Below the pieces are notes generated by a model. That model did no database searches, was not told the origin of the DNA, and was given only the letters and a program-made list of their open reading frames with translations. Shown in pieces: positions 47,730 to 57,477 of a stretch of DNA of 64,000 nt (position 1 is the stretch's first letter; every line of letters starts with the position of its first letter). The translations under genes and the position numbers were made by a program. Origin of the DNA: an uncultured Nitrososphaerota archaeon (GTDB lineage Archaea; Thermoproteota; Nitrososphaeria; Conexivisphaerales; DTJL01); assembly GCA_963842885.1 (NCBI GenBank), contig CAWJIE010000005.1:448001-512000 (forward strand), in the 5' to 3' direction.

Positions 47730-48539
47730 CTACTTGTTGTAGTCGAAGGCAACGACTCTTGCGAAGGCAGCCTCTCCGCCCTTGAATAGGAATGGGAAGC
47801 AGCCGATTGTAGTGCGGACCGCCTTCTTTCCACCCAAGACTTCCTCGATCTGGCCGCCCAGGTTCTCCATGTGTATGCAATCGCGCGGGAAGAGGATGTT
47901 GTGCGTGACCTGGTAGTCCTCCGGAGGGAAGAGCTTGGCCAGGTTCTGCTCGCCGAACTTCGCAGCGGCAGCCGCCCTGACCTTGTCGCTCACTCTTGGC
48001 AGGAACCTTCCGATTGGTAGGTTCATCGGGTGGTCCGTCGAAACGGCGTCCAGTCCCCAGATGTGTATCTTCTTCCTGAGGAGGTATTCGCAGAAGGACC
48101 TCGTCGGGCCTGGGTGCATGTGGATGTAGCGCTCTTCGTCAGCTGTGCCTTCGGGCTTCGGCTTCTGATACCAGGCGTACTTGCTCCAGCCGGTATAGAG
48201 CACAAGGATGTCTCCGTCCTTGACTCCGCCGGCTGCCTTGGCGTTCCTCTCGACGATCTCCTCGGTGTAGATCCCGAGGTCACCCACTTCGCTGACATCG
48301 ACGATAATGCCCGGGCCGTAGAGCCACTCGAGTGGTATCTGGTCGATGGTCTTTCCGTTCGTCACGAAGTGCAGCGGGGCGTCAAGGTGCGTTCCTATGT
48401 GCATCGCAGTCTGGATGTACTGCGCGTTTACGCCGTGCTCCGGCTTCCTCTTGATGAACTTTACTTCGAAGGGAGGGTAGAGGGGCCAGAAGGGCGTTTC
48501 CTGGTTCAGAGGTTGTGACAGATCATAAAGCTTCGTCAT
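47730..48539 (-). CDS. Cyclase-family metal-dependent amidohydrolase (kynurenine formamidase-like)
   Basis: DLSQP, HIGTHLDAP-x-H, TGW, ENL. Confidence 0.9.
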   Translation of the reverse strand: MTKLYDLSQPLNQETPFWPLYPPFEVKFIKRKPEHGVNAQYIQTAMHIGTHLDAPLHFVTNGKTIDQIPLEWLYGPGIIVDVSEVGDLGIYTEEIVERNAKAAGGVKDGDILVLYTGWSKYAWYQKPKPEGTADEERYIHMHPGPTRSFCEYLLRKKIHIWGLDAVSTDHPMNLPIGRFLPRVSDKVRAAAAAKFGEQNLAKLFPPEDYQVTHNILFPRDCIHMENLGGQIEEVLGGKKAVRTTIGCFPFLFKGGEAAFARVVAFDYNK

Positions 48540-48602
48540 GCCCGTATCTCCATGAGATGGCACAGGATCGTAAACATATAAGCATTGCTTCGATATGCTG
48601 CC

Positions 48603-48615
48603 TGCACAAAATGCA
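48603..48615. promoter_or_regulatory. TGCA-N5-TGCA putative Lrp-type operator
   Basis: TGCACAAAATGCA about 20 bp upstream of the cyclase TATA box. Confidence 0.5.
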
Positions 48616-48869
48616 ATTCTAGTGCCTATTCATGCATATCTTGCGCCGAACCTCTTACCGCTTGCGCGAGGTCCTCAGGCGGGCCGTATGCCTCTGGAAC
48701 GTGATGGGCCATGTCCGTCAGGACAGTTCCTTCACGGCCACTCTGAGTTTCCGCTTGGACAGTCTCGAGAGCAACTGGCGAGTCCGCCTTCCTTTCCGTC
48801 TTAGTCCTTCTCCTTTTCCGTCCTTCGCATCTGGCACAACTTACCCAAACTTTCCCACCCCACTGCCTT

Positions 48870-49321
48870 TTACGGCTTTTTTCGCGCGATTTGAGAACCT
48901 CCTGGCGACGAGCTGTTGATTTCTTCTGCTGGTCTGCAGGCTGTTTTACGTCCTTTGGGTGCCTATCTTGAGCTACTACATGCGGTTTCTAAAGCCGTAA
49001 AATGCCGTAAAGATGCCGTAATGGAAAAAGGCCGCAATGCCGTAATGCCGTAAAGGTCCAAAGGCTTTGTATCACCACTTCAAGTGGTAATACACAGTGG
49101 CCATTGTCCAACACAACGCCATCGCCGACGGGCGACAAGGAAAGCGAAACCCGAACAGAAGGGAGCACGACATCTCCTAAAGCCGTAATGCCAGCGTCTA
49201 AACGCCGTAATTCCCCCGCCGAACAAGGCAGCAAAGCCGTAATTACGGCCTCTGGACCCCCTGAACCCAAGATTACGGCCTCTGAAAATGCCGTAATGTC
49301 AGGGTCTAAACGCCGTACGGC
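48870..49321. repeat. Iteron-like GCCGTAA array with central inverted repeat
   Basis: Nine direct copies (48994, 49004, 49015, 49039, 49047, 49182, 49204, 49236, 49290), three inverted copies (48870, 49243, 49273), plus variants. Confidence 0.85.
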
Positions 49322-49545
49322 CCCGCCCAAGCAAGGTTCTACACCCAAGGCTACGCCCTCTACACCCTCCTCCACACCCTCATCACCTCACCCTGCACAA
49401 GCCGCCAGCACCCTAGACCAGGGGCCGACGCATCCCCAGAAAGCAGCCCGACGCTTGGTGACGCCTCCCCGACGACTCCTCAGGTGCCGACGCCTCCAAT
49501 TACGCAGACATGGATGAGGATGACCCAGGGACGAAAGAGAAATCC

Positions 49546-49976
49546 TTAGGAACGTTCAGAGGCCTGTGTCCTGGGGTTGTTCCAGAACCACTGCATCCTG
49601 GGCGGTTCGATGTCCTCCTGCCAGAGCAGGGCGATCAGTTCGCCCATGTGGTATAACTGTTCCGTGGATGACTGCAACAAACACTCCTCGACCGAAAGGT
49701 CAAAGGACCCGGAATGAACCGTGAAGTTCACCCGCCTTCCTAGCTCGTTCTCGTCTGTCCTCTCGATGTAGGCATTGGTCTTCTTCTCGACCTCATCGAG
49801 GTGCTCTCTGATCATCAAAATGTCCTTGTACTCCTCCCAGTCGCGCTCCCTCTTGTATCCAGGGACCTTGAGGTGATCTGGCCGCTGACGACCTCCCAGG
49901 GCAAGCTTGCCAGCTTCTCCAGAAATGCCCGTCTCACCGTTGAGGAGTACTGGTGGAGTTCACTGATTGTGAACAT
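49546..49976 (-). CDS. DinB-family protein, frameshifted with apparent internal deletion
   Basis: EL-x2-Y-x3-VR-x2-F...L-x-WE and E-x2-YH-x-GEL-x-ALLWQ lie in two frames. Confidence 0.7.
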
Positions 49977-50316
49977 ATATAACGAGTCTCCAGTCAAGAG
50001 ATAAAACCGTTTGCCTTGATTCAACTCGTCGCCTCTGGTTCTGGCGGAACCTGGTTCTCGAACTCACCCATTGCATGAAGAAAGAGCCCTTGAGAACGTG
50101 CGATTTTGGTCAAACATCTTACACAGATGACATGGAAACTGCATAATGCCTTAATCCCCGTGTTAACTCAGGATTCTCTCTGTAACCTGCGAATCCGACA
50201 ATACTGAGGTCTCGTTGAGCAACATATACAGGCCCATTATGCGTATTGTTGCAGTAATTTCTGGACGACAAAAGCTTATATAAGCCGCGCCTGCAAATGA
50301 GAAAAGGCGAATTCTA

Positions 50317-51780
50317 TTGGCTACGGAAACAGAAATCAAACCTGAAGGTTACGTAGAAAATCAAGCGCTACTCCCCGTGAAGATGAGCGACAGGACCTAC
50401 GGCCTTAGGACCTTCTCCTTCATGATGTTCGGCCTGAACACTTGCATCCCCATGTTCTTCCTAGGATCGATTTCATATGGACTCGGGCTGAGCCCGTTCG
50501 AGATGGTCATGGCCGCGTTCCTGGGCAACTTCTTCGCCGTGTTAGCCATGCTCCTTAACTCCCACGCGGGCGTTAAGTATGGCATCCCCTACCCAGTACA
50601 GGCCCGTGAAGCGTTCGGCTTCCTGGGACAATATATCCCGACTCTGTTCAGGGGAATCGTAGGAGCTGGCTGGTTCGGAATCGAGATCTTCGCCGGCTCG
50701 TTGGCCCTCACCGACATCATCCTCTATGCTATCGGCGTCAGCAACCCCTCTGCAACGGCGTATACATATGTGACCATATTCATCGTCCTCTATCTCATCG
50801 CAGCCTACTTTACCCTAGGCGCAGGCCTGAAGGGCATCGGAATCGTCGCCGACTACGGCGGCCCCCTGATGCTCCTCTACTTCGTCTGGCTGGTCTACTT
50901 CATCAGCACCCAACCCTCTTCCACTGTATTCAAAATCCCCGTCGGCGTTGGGTTCGCCAGCGCCAGTTTCGCTACGATGCTGGGCATCCAGACGAACTGG
51001 TGGGCGACCATGGCAATCAACATCTCCGACCTCTCCAGAGGTGCGAAGAAGTACAGCTCCGTGATAGTCGGATCGATGCTGGGCATCGTGATCGGGCAGA
51101 TCGTCGGAACATCGTGCGGGTACTACCTATCGGCTTTCACCGGCTATATCCTGCCGCAGGACATCATCCTGCACTTTGCACCTGGAGCAATCGCAATCAT
51201 CCTCGGTCTGTTCTTCGCGTTCCTGGCGCCGTTTTCAACGGACGTCACAGCTAACATGCCCGCTCTGACCAACATCTTCACCTCCATCTTCAAGCTGAAG
51301 TGGAAGTTGGGTGTGCTGGCCGCATGCATAGTCGGCTTCTTCGTAACGCCGTGGTGGATGGTCGTGACCGCAGCGAACGCCACCCAAGCTGCTACGAACG
51401 CCGGCAACTACCTGGGTTATGTGCAGAACTTCGCAGGTGCTTACGGACTCATCCTCGGACCTATCGCGGGCATTCTGATCGCCAGCTACTGGATCATGCG
51501 GAAGTCGAACCTCGACATGAAGCGGTTGTACACCAAGGGCCAAGGAGGCTACTGGTACCACGGAGGCGTCAGGTACTCGGGAATCATCGCACTGTTCGCT
51601 GCTATCATTCTCAACTACGTCCTCGCTTACGCCCTACCCAACGTGGTAGGGATAGGCGTAACGTCGACCAAGTTCTACTCAGTCTCGTTTGCTACACCTG
51701 GACAGCTCGCATGGTATACCGGTGTGATCATGGGCTTCGTACTGATGCTGGTCCTGAACGCTGTGACCAAGGAAAACTAG
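50317..51780 (+). CDS. NCS1-family nucleobase/allantoin permease
   Basis: G-x-KYGIPYPV-x2-R-x2-FG, GWFGI, W-x-T-x3-NISD-x-SR, GPIAGI; about 12 TM. Confidence 0.92.
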   Translation: MATETEIKPEGYVENQALLPVKMSDRTYGLRTFSFMMFGLNTCIPMFFLGSISYGLGLSPFEMVMAAFLGNFFAVLAMLLNSHAGVKYGIPYPVQAREAFGFLGQYIPTLFRGIVGAGWFGIEIFAGSLALTDIILYAIGVSNPSATAYTYVTIFIVLYLIAAYFTLGAGLKGIGIVADYGGPLMLLYFVWLVYFISTQPSSTVFKIPVGVGFASASFATMLGIQTNWWATMAINISDLSRGAKKYSSVIVGSMLGIVIGQIVGTSCGYYLSAFTGYILPQDIILHFAPGAIAIILGLFFAFLAPFSTDVTANMPALTNIFTSIFKLKWKLGVLAACIVGFFVTPWWMVVTAANATQAATNAGNYLGYVQNFAGAYGLILGPIAGILIASYWIMRKSNLDMKRLYTKGQGGYWYHGGVRYSGIIALFAAIILNYVLAYALPNVVGIGVTSTKFYSVSFATPGQLAWYTGVIMGFVLMLVLNAVTKEN

Positions 51781-51918
51781 ACCGTCCCCTTTCAATACTC
51801 AGAACTTTTTTGTTTATTCGTCCTGCTTAGCGTCAGCAAGGACCCTCCGAGGCGCTGGCCGAAGCGCCAGGTCGGGCAAGGGTTAAAAGCGACTTTCCCC
51901 CACGAGAGCGAGACCTTC

Positions 51919-52485
51919 ATGGAGGAGCTGATGAAGTGCACCTTCAAGTGTTGGAAGAACGGCGAATTCAAGACCTTCCGGGTGATCCACGCCACGGTCT
52001 TCTACGACGCTGACAGGGACTGGATCGTAACCAAGGTCGGCAAGTCGGTGAAGAGCTCTTACAAGCTCTCCAACGTCACCGATGTCCAGCAAGCTTACTG
52101 GGGGACCTACCTTCCCCACCACATGGTTACCGTCTGGATGACCGACGACGACGGTAACCACTTCCAGTTCGACTACGACGGATGGAACGCCCCGAAGGTA
52201 TATCTGAGGATGAAGGCATTGGCAGAGGCCTCCAGCCCGCACCTGCGGGCTCGCCCCAAAGTGCTCGCCCTCCTGGAATCCAATGAGAGCGTCCCCCTCA
52301 AGGAAGTGCTCGAACGCCTCCCCGAAAGGGAAGCGAGAAAGGGGATCGACGCCGCTCGCGAGGTCGTGCAGCATCTAATCGAAACCAACGCGGTGATAGG
52401 CCACATCCAAGGGGACCTGTTCGTCCGCGAAGGCGTCGCGGAGGGCGGCTTTCAAGACGCTGCCGCTGGGCCCGGTCGGGAATGA
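51919..52485 (+). CDS. Hypothetical protein (beta-rich N-domain plus PCI/winged-helix-like C-domain)
   Basis: 188 aa ORF with TATA upstream; C-terminal VVQHLIETNAVIGHIQGDLFV. Confidence 0.65.
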   Translation: MEELMKCTFKCWKNGEFKTFRVIHATVFYDADRDWIVTKVGKSVKSSYKLSNVTDVQQAYWGTYLPHHMVTVWMTDDDGNHFQFDYDGWNAPKVYLRMKALAEASSPHLRARPKVLALLESNESVPLKEVLERLPEREARKGIDAAREVVQHLIETNAVIGHIQGDLFVREGVAEGGFQDAAAGPGRE

Positions 52486-52570
52486 TCTCGCGGCCGCGAG
52501 GCCTCCAATCTCCGGCCTCGACGTGACGGCAAACTTAAGAGGGCGTCCGACTGAAACACGCCCGTTCACA

Positions 52571-54149
52571 TTGCCAGAGCCATCAGATCATGGGGACCCA
52601 TTCTCGGACCTGCGGGAGCTCCGTGCCGGCGTGGAAAAGCTCACGACAGGTGAAAAGGCCTCATCGCAGCATGCCAAGGGGAAGCTGACGGCGAGGGAGA
52701 GGATCAACCTCCTGGCCGACGAAGGTTCGTTCGTGGAGCTCGATGCCTTCAAGATGCCCTTCGGGGAGGAGTTCGCGAAGGGGAAGACTAACATGCTGGG
52801 CGACGGCCTGGTGATGGGCTACTGCTCGATAGACGGGAGGACTGTAGTGGCCTTCGCCGAGGACTTCACGTACATGGGAGGCTCCATGGGACGGACTCAC
52901 CTTGAGAAGATCGCCAAGGCCATCGCCCTCGCGATGGAGATGAACGTGCCCGTCGTGGGGCTCTACGATTCTGGAGGCGCCAGGATCCAGGAAGGGGTGC
53001 AGTCTCTCGCCGAGATGGGTGCGATGTTCTACAACAACGTCATGGCTTCGGGGGTAATCCCCCAGATAGCCGTCGTCATGGGGCCCTCTGCGGGAGGGGC
53101 CTGCTACAGCCCCGCCCTCAACGACTTCGTCATAATGGTGGAGAAGACGTCATACATGTTCATCACCGGCCCCAAAGTGGTCAAGAGCGTAACTGGCGAA
53201 GACATCGACTCAGACGGCCTGGGAGGGCCCAAGGTCCATGCCTCGGGCAGCGGCGTAGCTACCTTCTCTGCCGCAAGCGACGCGGACGCCTTGAAGCTCG
53301 TTAAGAACCATCCTGTCCTACCTTCCCTCCAGTCACCTGGTGTCACCGCCCGTCTCTTCATCACAGCTAGAGGCGGGTGCCACGGACGCGTCGGTGAACG
53401 GCCTCATACCGCTGAACCCGAAGAAGTCCTACGACGTGAGACGTTTGGTCAGGGCCATCTTCGACAGGGACAGCTTCTTCGAAGTTGCGCCCGGCTACGC
53501 GAGGAATGGAGTGGTAGGGTTCGCCCGCCTGCTGGGGAGAGCCGTGGGTATCGTGGCGACTCAGCCCATGGTCCTGGGAGGCGTATTGGACATAGACGTC
53601 TCGGACAAGATATCTCGCTTCGTCAGACTCTGCGACTCTTTCAACCTCCCACTGATCACGTTCGTCGACACTCCTGGTTACATGCCCGGAAGGGCACAGG
53701 AGCACGGAGGCATCATCCGCCATGGCGCCAAGGTAATCTATGCTTACAGCGAGGCTACCGTTCCCAAGATCACCATCGTCGTGAGGAAAGCGTACGGAGG
53801 CGCCTACATCGCCCTCTGCAGCAAGAAGCTTGGTGCGGACCTGGTCCTGGCCTATCCAACCGCGGAGATCGCCGTGATGGGAGCCGAAGGAGGCATCGAA
53901 ATCATAAGGAAGAGAGAGCTGGAGGCCGTCCCCCCGGAGGGGAAGGAGGAGGCGTTCGCCAGGATGGTGGAGGAGTACCGCGGCGAATACATGAACCCGT
54001 ACATCTCAGCGGCCAAAGGCTATGTGGACACCGTCATCGAGCCGGCTGCCACGAGGGAATCGCTGGCTTCGGCCCTCGGAAGGCTGACCGCCAACAAGAG
54101 GAGGAAGAACGCCAAGCCTCGGGGTGTCCACGGAAACATCCCGCTTTAG
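52571..54149 (+). CDS. Acyl-CoA carboxyltransferase subunit (MmdA/PccB-like), frameshifted near 53300-53340
   Basis: GKLTARERI, DSGGARIQEG, GP-x-AGG-x2-YSPAL, FVDTPG, RKAYGGAY, HGNIPL. Confidence 0.92.
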
Positions 54150-54181
54150 CCTCGAAGCTCATAAACCTCTGGCAAGCGAAT

Positions 54182-55207
54182 CTAGGGAGAGGAAGTGACC
54201 GTAAGATTTAGGACGACCTCTGCTATGTCGGCGGCGTATTCTGCCCACCTCCTCAAGTCTTCGGCGACCAGCCTACACGTCGTTTCGTCGCTGCTCTTCT
54301 TCTCAGAGATGCGGGCCAGGACCTTGGCGTCCAGCTTCCTGCACCTGCTGACAACGGCGAAGACCCCCTCGGCCATGGAATAATCGCGCTTGAACAGGGC
54401 CGCCAGGCTGTCATCCAACGCCTGGGCGTCTAACGCCTTGAATTCGGCGAGGTCTGCAAGGGTCAGGCTGTCCAGCTTTCTGTCCATCGAGACAATCGTG
54501 CTGGCTATCTTAGTCGCGTGGTCCGCCATCCTTTCGACGGACTTGACGACGACCCTATAGCCCAGGCAATCTACAGGGCTTGAGAGGCCGATCTCCTTCA
54601 TCACAAGCTGACTCCTGACGGCGCCTACAAGCTGCCGAATCACGTAGAGGCTGAACCTATCCACCTCGTCGTCAGCCCTCAACACGGAATCGGCGAGGCT
54701 CTTGTCTAGCGTTTCAACAGCCCTGAACGCATCCCTGAGCATGAATCCGGTAATGACGGACATCCTCCTAAGGGCGTCCTCGACTGGAAGCTCGGGCAGG
54801 CTCATTAGGACTTGGAGGGTCATGCTGTCAGAGGATTCGGAGATTATCTCGGTGCCCACGAAACGAGTCCTGATGAGCTCCTTGACGGCTTCCCTCTGAA
54901 CCATCGTTACGCCGCCGCTGGCCACCAGCCTGACGGTGTTGTAGCCGCTCAGGTAAAGGGAGACAAGCCTCCTCGTCAGAGCGTCGTTGTCTAGGTCTCC
55001 CGGCACTTTCATGACGGCTTCCAAAGGTTCATCCCCGCGGGCCAAGGACTTCGGGCTGATGCGAAGCGAGCCGTCAACCTGAGGGATGAGGACCAGGGAG
55101 TCGCCCTGATGGATGTTTTGTTTGATGACCCACTTCTTGGGCAAGTTGACAATATAGGACGCGCGACCTGTAAACTGCACCTTACGTATCTCTTCCTCGG
55201 AATCCAC
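54182..55207 (-). CDS. AbrB-PhoU phosphate uptake regulator
   Basis: RKVQ-x-TG-x2-SY-x-V-x-LPK-x-W (AbrB) plus PhoU repeats (DDEVDR, ERMADH); divergent from pst. Confidence 0.9.
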   Translation of the reverse strand: MDSEEEIRKVQFTGRASYIVNLPKKWVIKQNIHQGDSLVLIPQVDGSLRISPKSLARGDEPLEAVMKVPGDLDNDALTRRLVSLYLSGYNTVRLVASGGVTMVQREAVKELIRTRFVGTEIISESSDSMTLQVLMSLPELPVEDALRRMSVITGFMLRDAFRAVETLDKSLADSVLRADDEVDRFSLYVIRQLVGAVRSQLVMKEIGLSSPVDCLGYRVVVKSVERMADHATKIASTIVSMDRKLDSLTLADLAEFKALDAQALDDSLAALFKRDYSMAEGVFAVVSRCRKLDAKVLARISEKKSSDETTCRLVAEDLRRWAEYAADIAEVVLNLTVTSSP

Positions 55208-55335
55208 GGTCGTGCGTACTCGACGCCCGTATTAAAGGGCCATGGCAAGATATCTATATTCATCACGTTTGCAATATAGTCAATATGCGCCTTGTCTATA
55301 TATTGCATGAAAGCCTGTAGGCGTCAGAGAAGGAC

Positions 55336-56481
55336 TTGAATCATATTAGAAAGAGGAGTGCCATCAGCCGAATCGTGGTTGTTGGCATTGTAATATTGCT
55401 CGCAGTGGCGGCACTAGGGATCTATGAAGTATACGACAGCGGGAAGAAGGCCACCACAGTAGTACCAGCGACGCTCAACGGAGCCGGCGGGACCCTCATC
55501 AACCCCTTAATGCAGCTCTGGACGTACGCCTACGGACAAGCCTATCCCGGCATCAATGTCAACTACGCAAGCGTGGGTAGCGGCGCAGGAGTCAAGGCGA
55601 TCACGGCCGGAACGGTGGACTTCGGCGGGTCCGATGCCCCGTTGACGGCGGCCCAGTACGCGGCTCTGCCGGCTGCCTTGGTGACGATTCCGGAGTCGGC
55701 CAGCGCGGTGGTGCCCGCATACAACTTACCTGGAATCGGGAACGGCCTCAACTTCACTGGGCCCATCCTGGCTGAGATATTCCTGGGTAACATTACCATG
55801 TGGAACGACCCGGCCCTTCAAGCAATCAACTCGAACGTGACGCTCCCCAACCATGCCATCGTGGTCGTGCACAGGTCCGACGGCAGCGGAACGATGTACG
55901 CATTCACGGACTACCTCTCTCAAGTGAGCTCGCAGTGGAAGAGCATTGTGGGGAAGGGTAGCGCTGTGCAATGGCCGGTCGGTTTAGGAGGGAAGGGGAA
56001 CGAAGGAGTGGCTGGCATCATCGAGAGCAATCAGTATTCGATCGGCCCCCTGGAGATAGCCTATGAGATCATCAACGCAGGGCTCATCTCCTATGGAGCC
56101 GTACAGAACGCAGCCGGCACATATGTCCTAGCGAACCTGACGAACATCGCCAACGCCTTGACGGCAGGAGGGTCAGCTGCGCTGCCGGCGGGGAACCAAC
56201 AATGGACTAACGTTTCGATCATCGATGCCATCGTCAGCAACTCGACGGCCACCAACGCGTACCCCATAACCACACTCACCTACCTCTTGGCATACCAGAA
56301 TCAGACGAACCAGGCCCAGGGCACGGCTCTTGTGAACTTCCTATGGTGGGTGGTTCACACCGGGCAGGGGGCGGGAGCAAAATACGGCTACGCAGCGCTT
56401 TCAGCCAACATAGTTGCCCTCGACGAAGCTACCATAAAGTCGATAACCTACAACGGGCAGGAACTATATCAGGGAGGGTAG
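55336..56481 (+). CDS. pstS: Phosphate ABC transporter substrate-binding protein
   Basis: N-terminal anchor; GSGAG, DFGGSD, RSDGSGT, GKGNEG, YPI. Confidence 0.93.
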   Translation: MNHIRKRSAISRIVVVGIVILLAVAALGIYEVYDSGKKATTVVPATLNGAGGTLINPLMQLWTYAYGQAYPGINVNYASVGSGAGVKAITAGTVDFGGSDAPLTAAQYAALPAALVTIPESASAVVPAYNLPGIGNGLNFTGPILAEIFLGNITMWNDPALQAINSNVTLPNHAIVVVHRSDGSGTMYAFTDYLSQVSSQWKSIVGKGSAVQWPVGLGGKGNEGVAGIIESNQYSIGPLEIAYEIINAGLISYGAVQNAAGTYVLANLTNIANALTAGGSAALPAGNQQWTNVSIIDAIVSNSTATNAYPITTLTYLLAYQNQTNQAQGTALVNFLWWVVHTGQGAGAKYGYAALSANIVALDEATIKSITYNGQELYQGG

Positions 56482-56515
56482 ATGTCTGCCCTTCATCCGC
56501 TGGGTAGTGAAGTAG

Positions 56516-57466
56516 TTGGATGAGCCGCCAAAGGTACGGCGTGCGTCGCTCACCGGCGACGTCATACTGAAGGGAGTCGTGGCGGCCGCCGCGGCCTTCG
56601 TTCTATTTCTTCTCATCCTCATAGCCTACGAACTAATCTCTGGCTCTCGCCTCTCACTGGAGGCGTTCGGCTTTAGTTTCATACTGACCAAGACCTGGGA
56701 CCCGGTCCATTCTATCTTTGGTGCGCTCCCTTTCATCTACGGAACTCTCTTGACTTCGGCCATCGCCCTCCTAATCGGGCTCCCCATCAGCCTCGGCGTC
56801 GCCATCTGCCTTGTCGAGAAGCTGAGGGGCAGAAGAGGGCTTGCATACCTACTCGGGACGATCGTCGAACTGTTGGCGGCCGTTCCTAGTGTGATCTTCG
56901 GACTCTGGGGTCTCTTCGTCCTCAGCCCATTGATCCGCGACTACGTGGAGAAGCCCCTCGGCCATTACTTGGGTTCCGTCCCTCTGTTCACGGGGACTCC
57001 CTTCGGTCTCGATTTCCTCACCGCGGGCGTCATCCTAGCGATCATGATAATCCCTACGGTCTCCGCAATCTCAAGGAATGTTCTGAACGCCGTTCCCAAC
57101 AGTCAGCGGGAGGCCATGTATTCTCTCGGGGGCACCGACTGGGAGGTCATCCACAACAGCGTCCTCCCTTACGCGAAATCGGGCCTGTTCGGAGCCACTA
57201 TCCTGGGCTTGGGGAGGGCCGTGGGCGAAACGATGGCCGTGACCATGGTGATAGGGAACGCTCCCAGGATCTCCGCCTCCTTGTTCTCCCCGGGCTATAC
57301 CCTCGCTAGCGTGATAGCCAACGAGTTCACCGAAGCGGCCTCTCCGCTCTATGCCTCATCCCTCGTCGAGCTGGGCCTGATGCTCTTCGTCCTTGCGCTT
57401 ACGATAAACGTCTTCGCGAGGCTTCTCCTCTGGCGTATGACGCGACTCTCGCGCTTCAGGGCATAG
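56516..57466 (+). CDS. pstC: Phosphate ABC transporter permease
   Basis: ELLAAVPSVIFGLWG, GRAVGETMAV, IANEF. Confidence 0.93.
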   Translation: MDEPPKVRRASLTGDVILKGVVAAAAAFVLFLLILIAYELISGSRLSLEAFGFSFILTKTWDPVHSIFGALPFIYGTLLTSAIALLIGLPISLGVAICLVEKLRGRRGLAYLLGTIVELLAAVPSVIFGLWGLFVLSPLIRDYVEKPLGHYLGSVPLFTGTPFGLDFLTAGVILAIMIIPTVSAISRNVLNAVPNSQREAMYSLGGTDWEVIHNSVLPYAKSGLFGATILGLGRAVGETMAVTMVIGNAPRISASLFSPGYTLASVIANEFTEAASPLYASSLVELGLMLFVLALTINVFARLLLWRMTRLSRFRA

Positions 57467-57477
57467 GTGGAATTGGA

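Noticed and set aside
48870-49321. GCCGTAA array as a CRISPR array
   Set aside because: The units are 7 bp, irregularly spaced and in both orientations; there is no 24-40-bp repeat/spacer periodicity and no cas gene.
49104-49517. 137-aa S/T/P-rich ORF and antisense ORF 48989..49375
   Set aside because: Low-complexity translations of the repeat and C/A-rich tract, with repeats falling in different frames; probably non-coding.
14944-56891. Partial motif matches (ACTAGGAA at 14944, ACTAGGAAGG at about 36416 and 40489, TTCCTAGTG at about 56883)
   Set aside because: Only 8-9 of 12 bases match and there is no skewed flank, consistent with chance.
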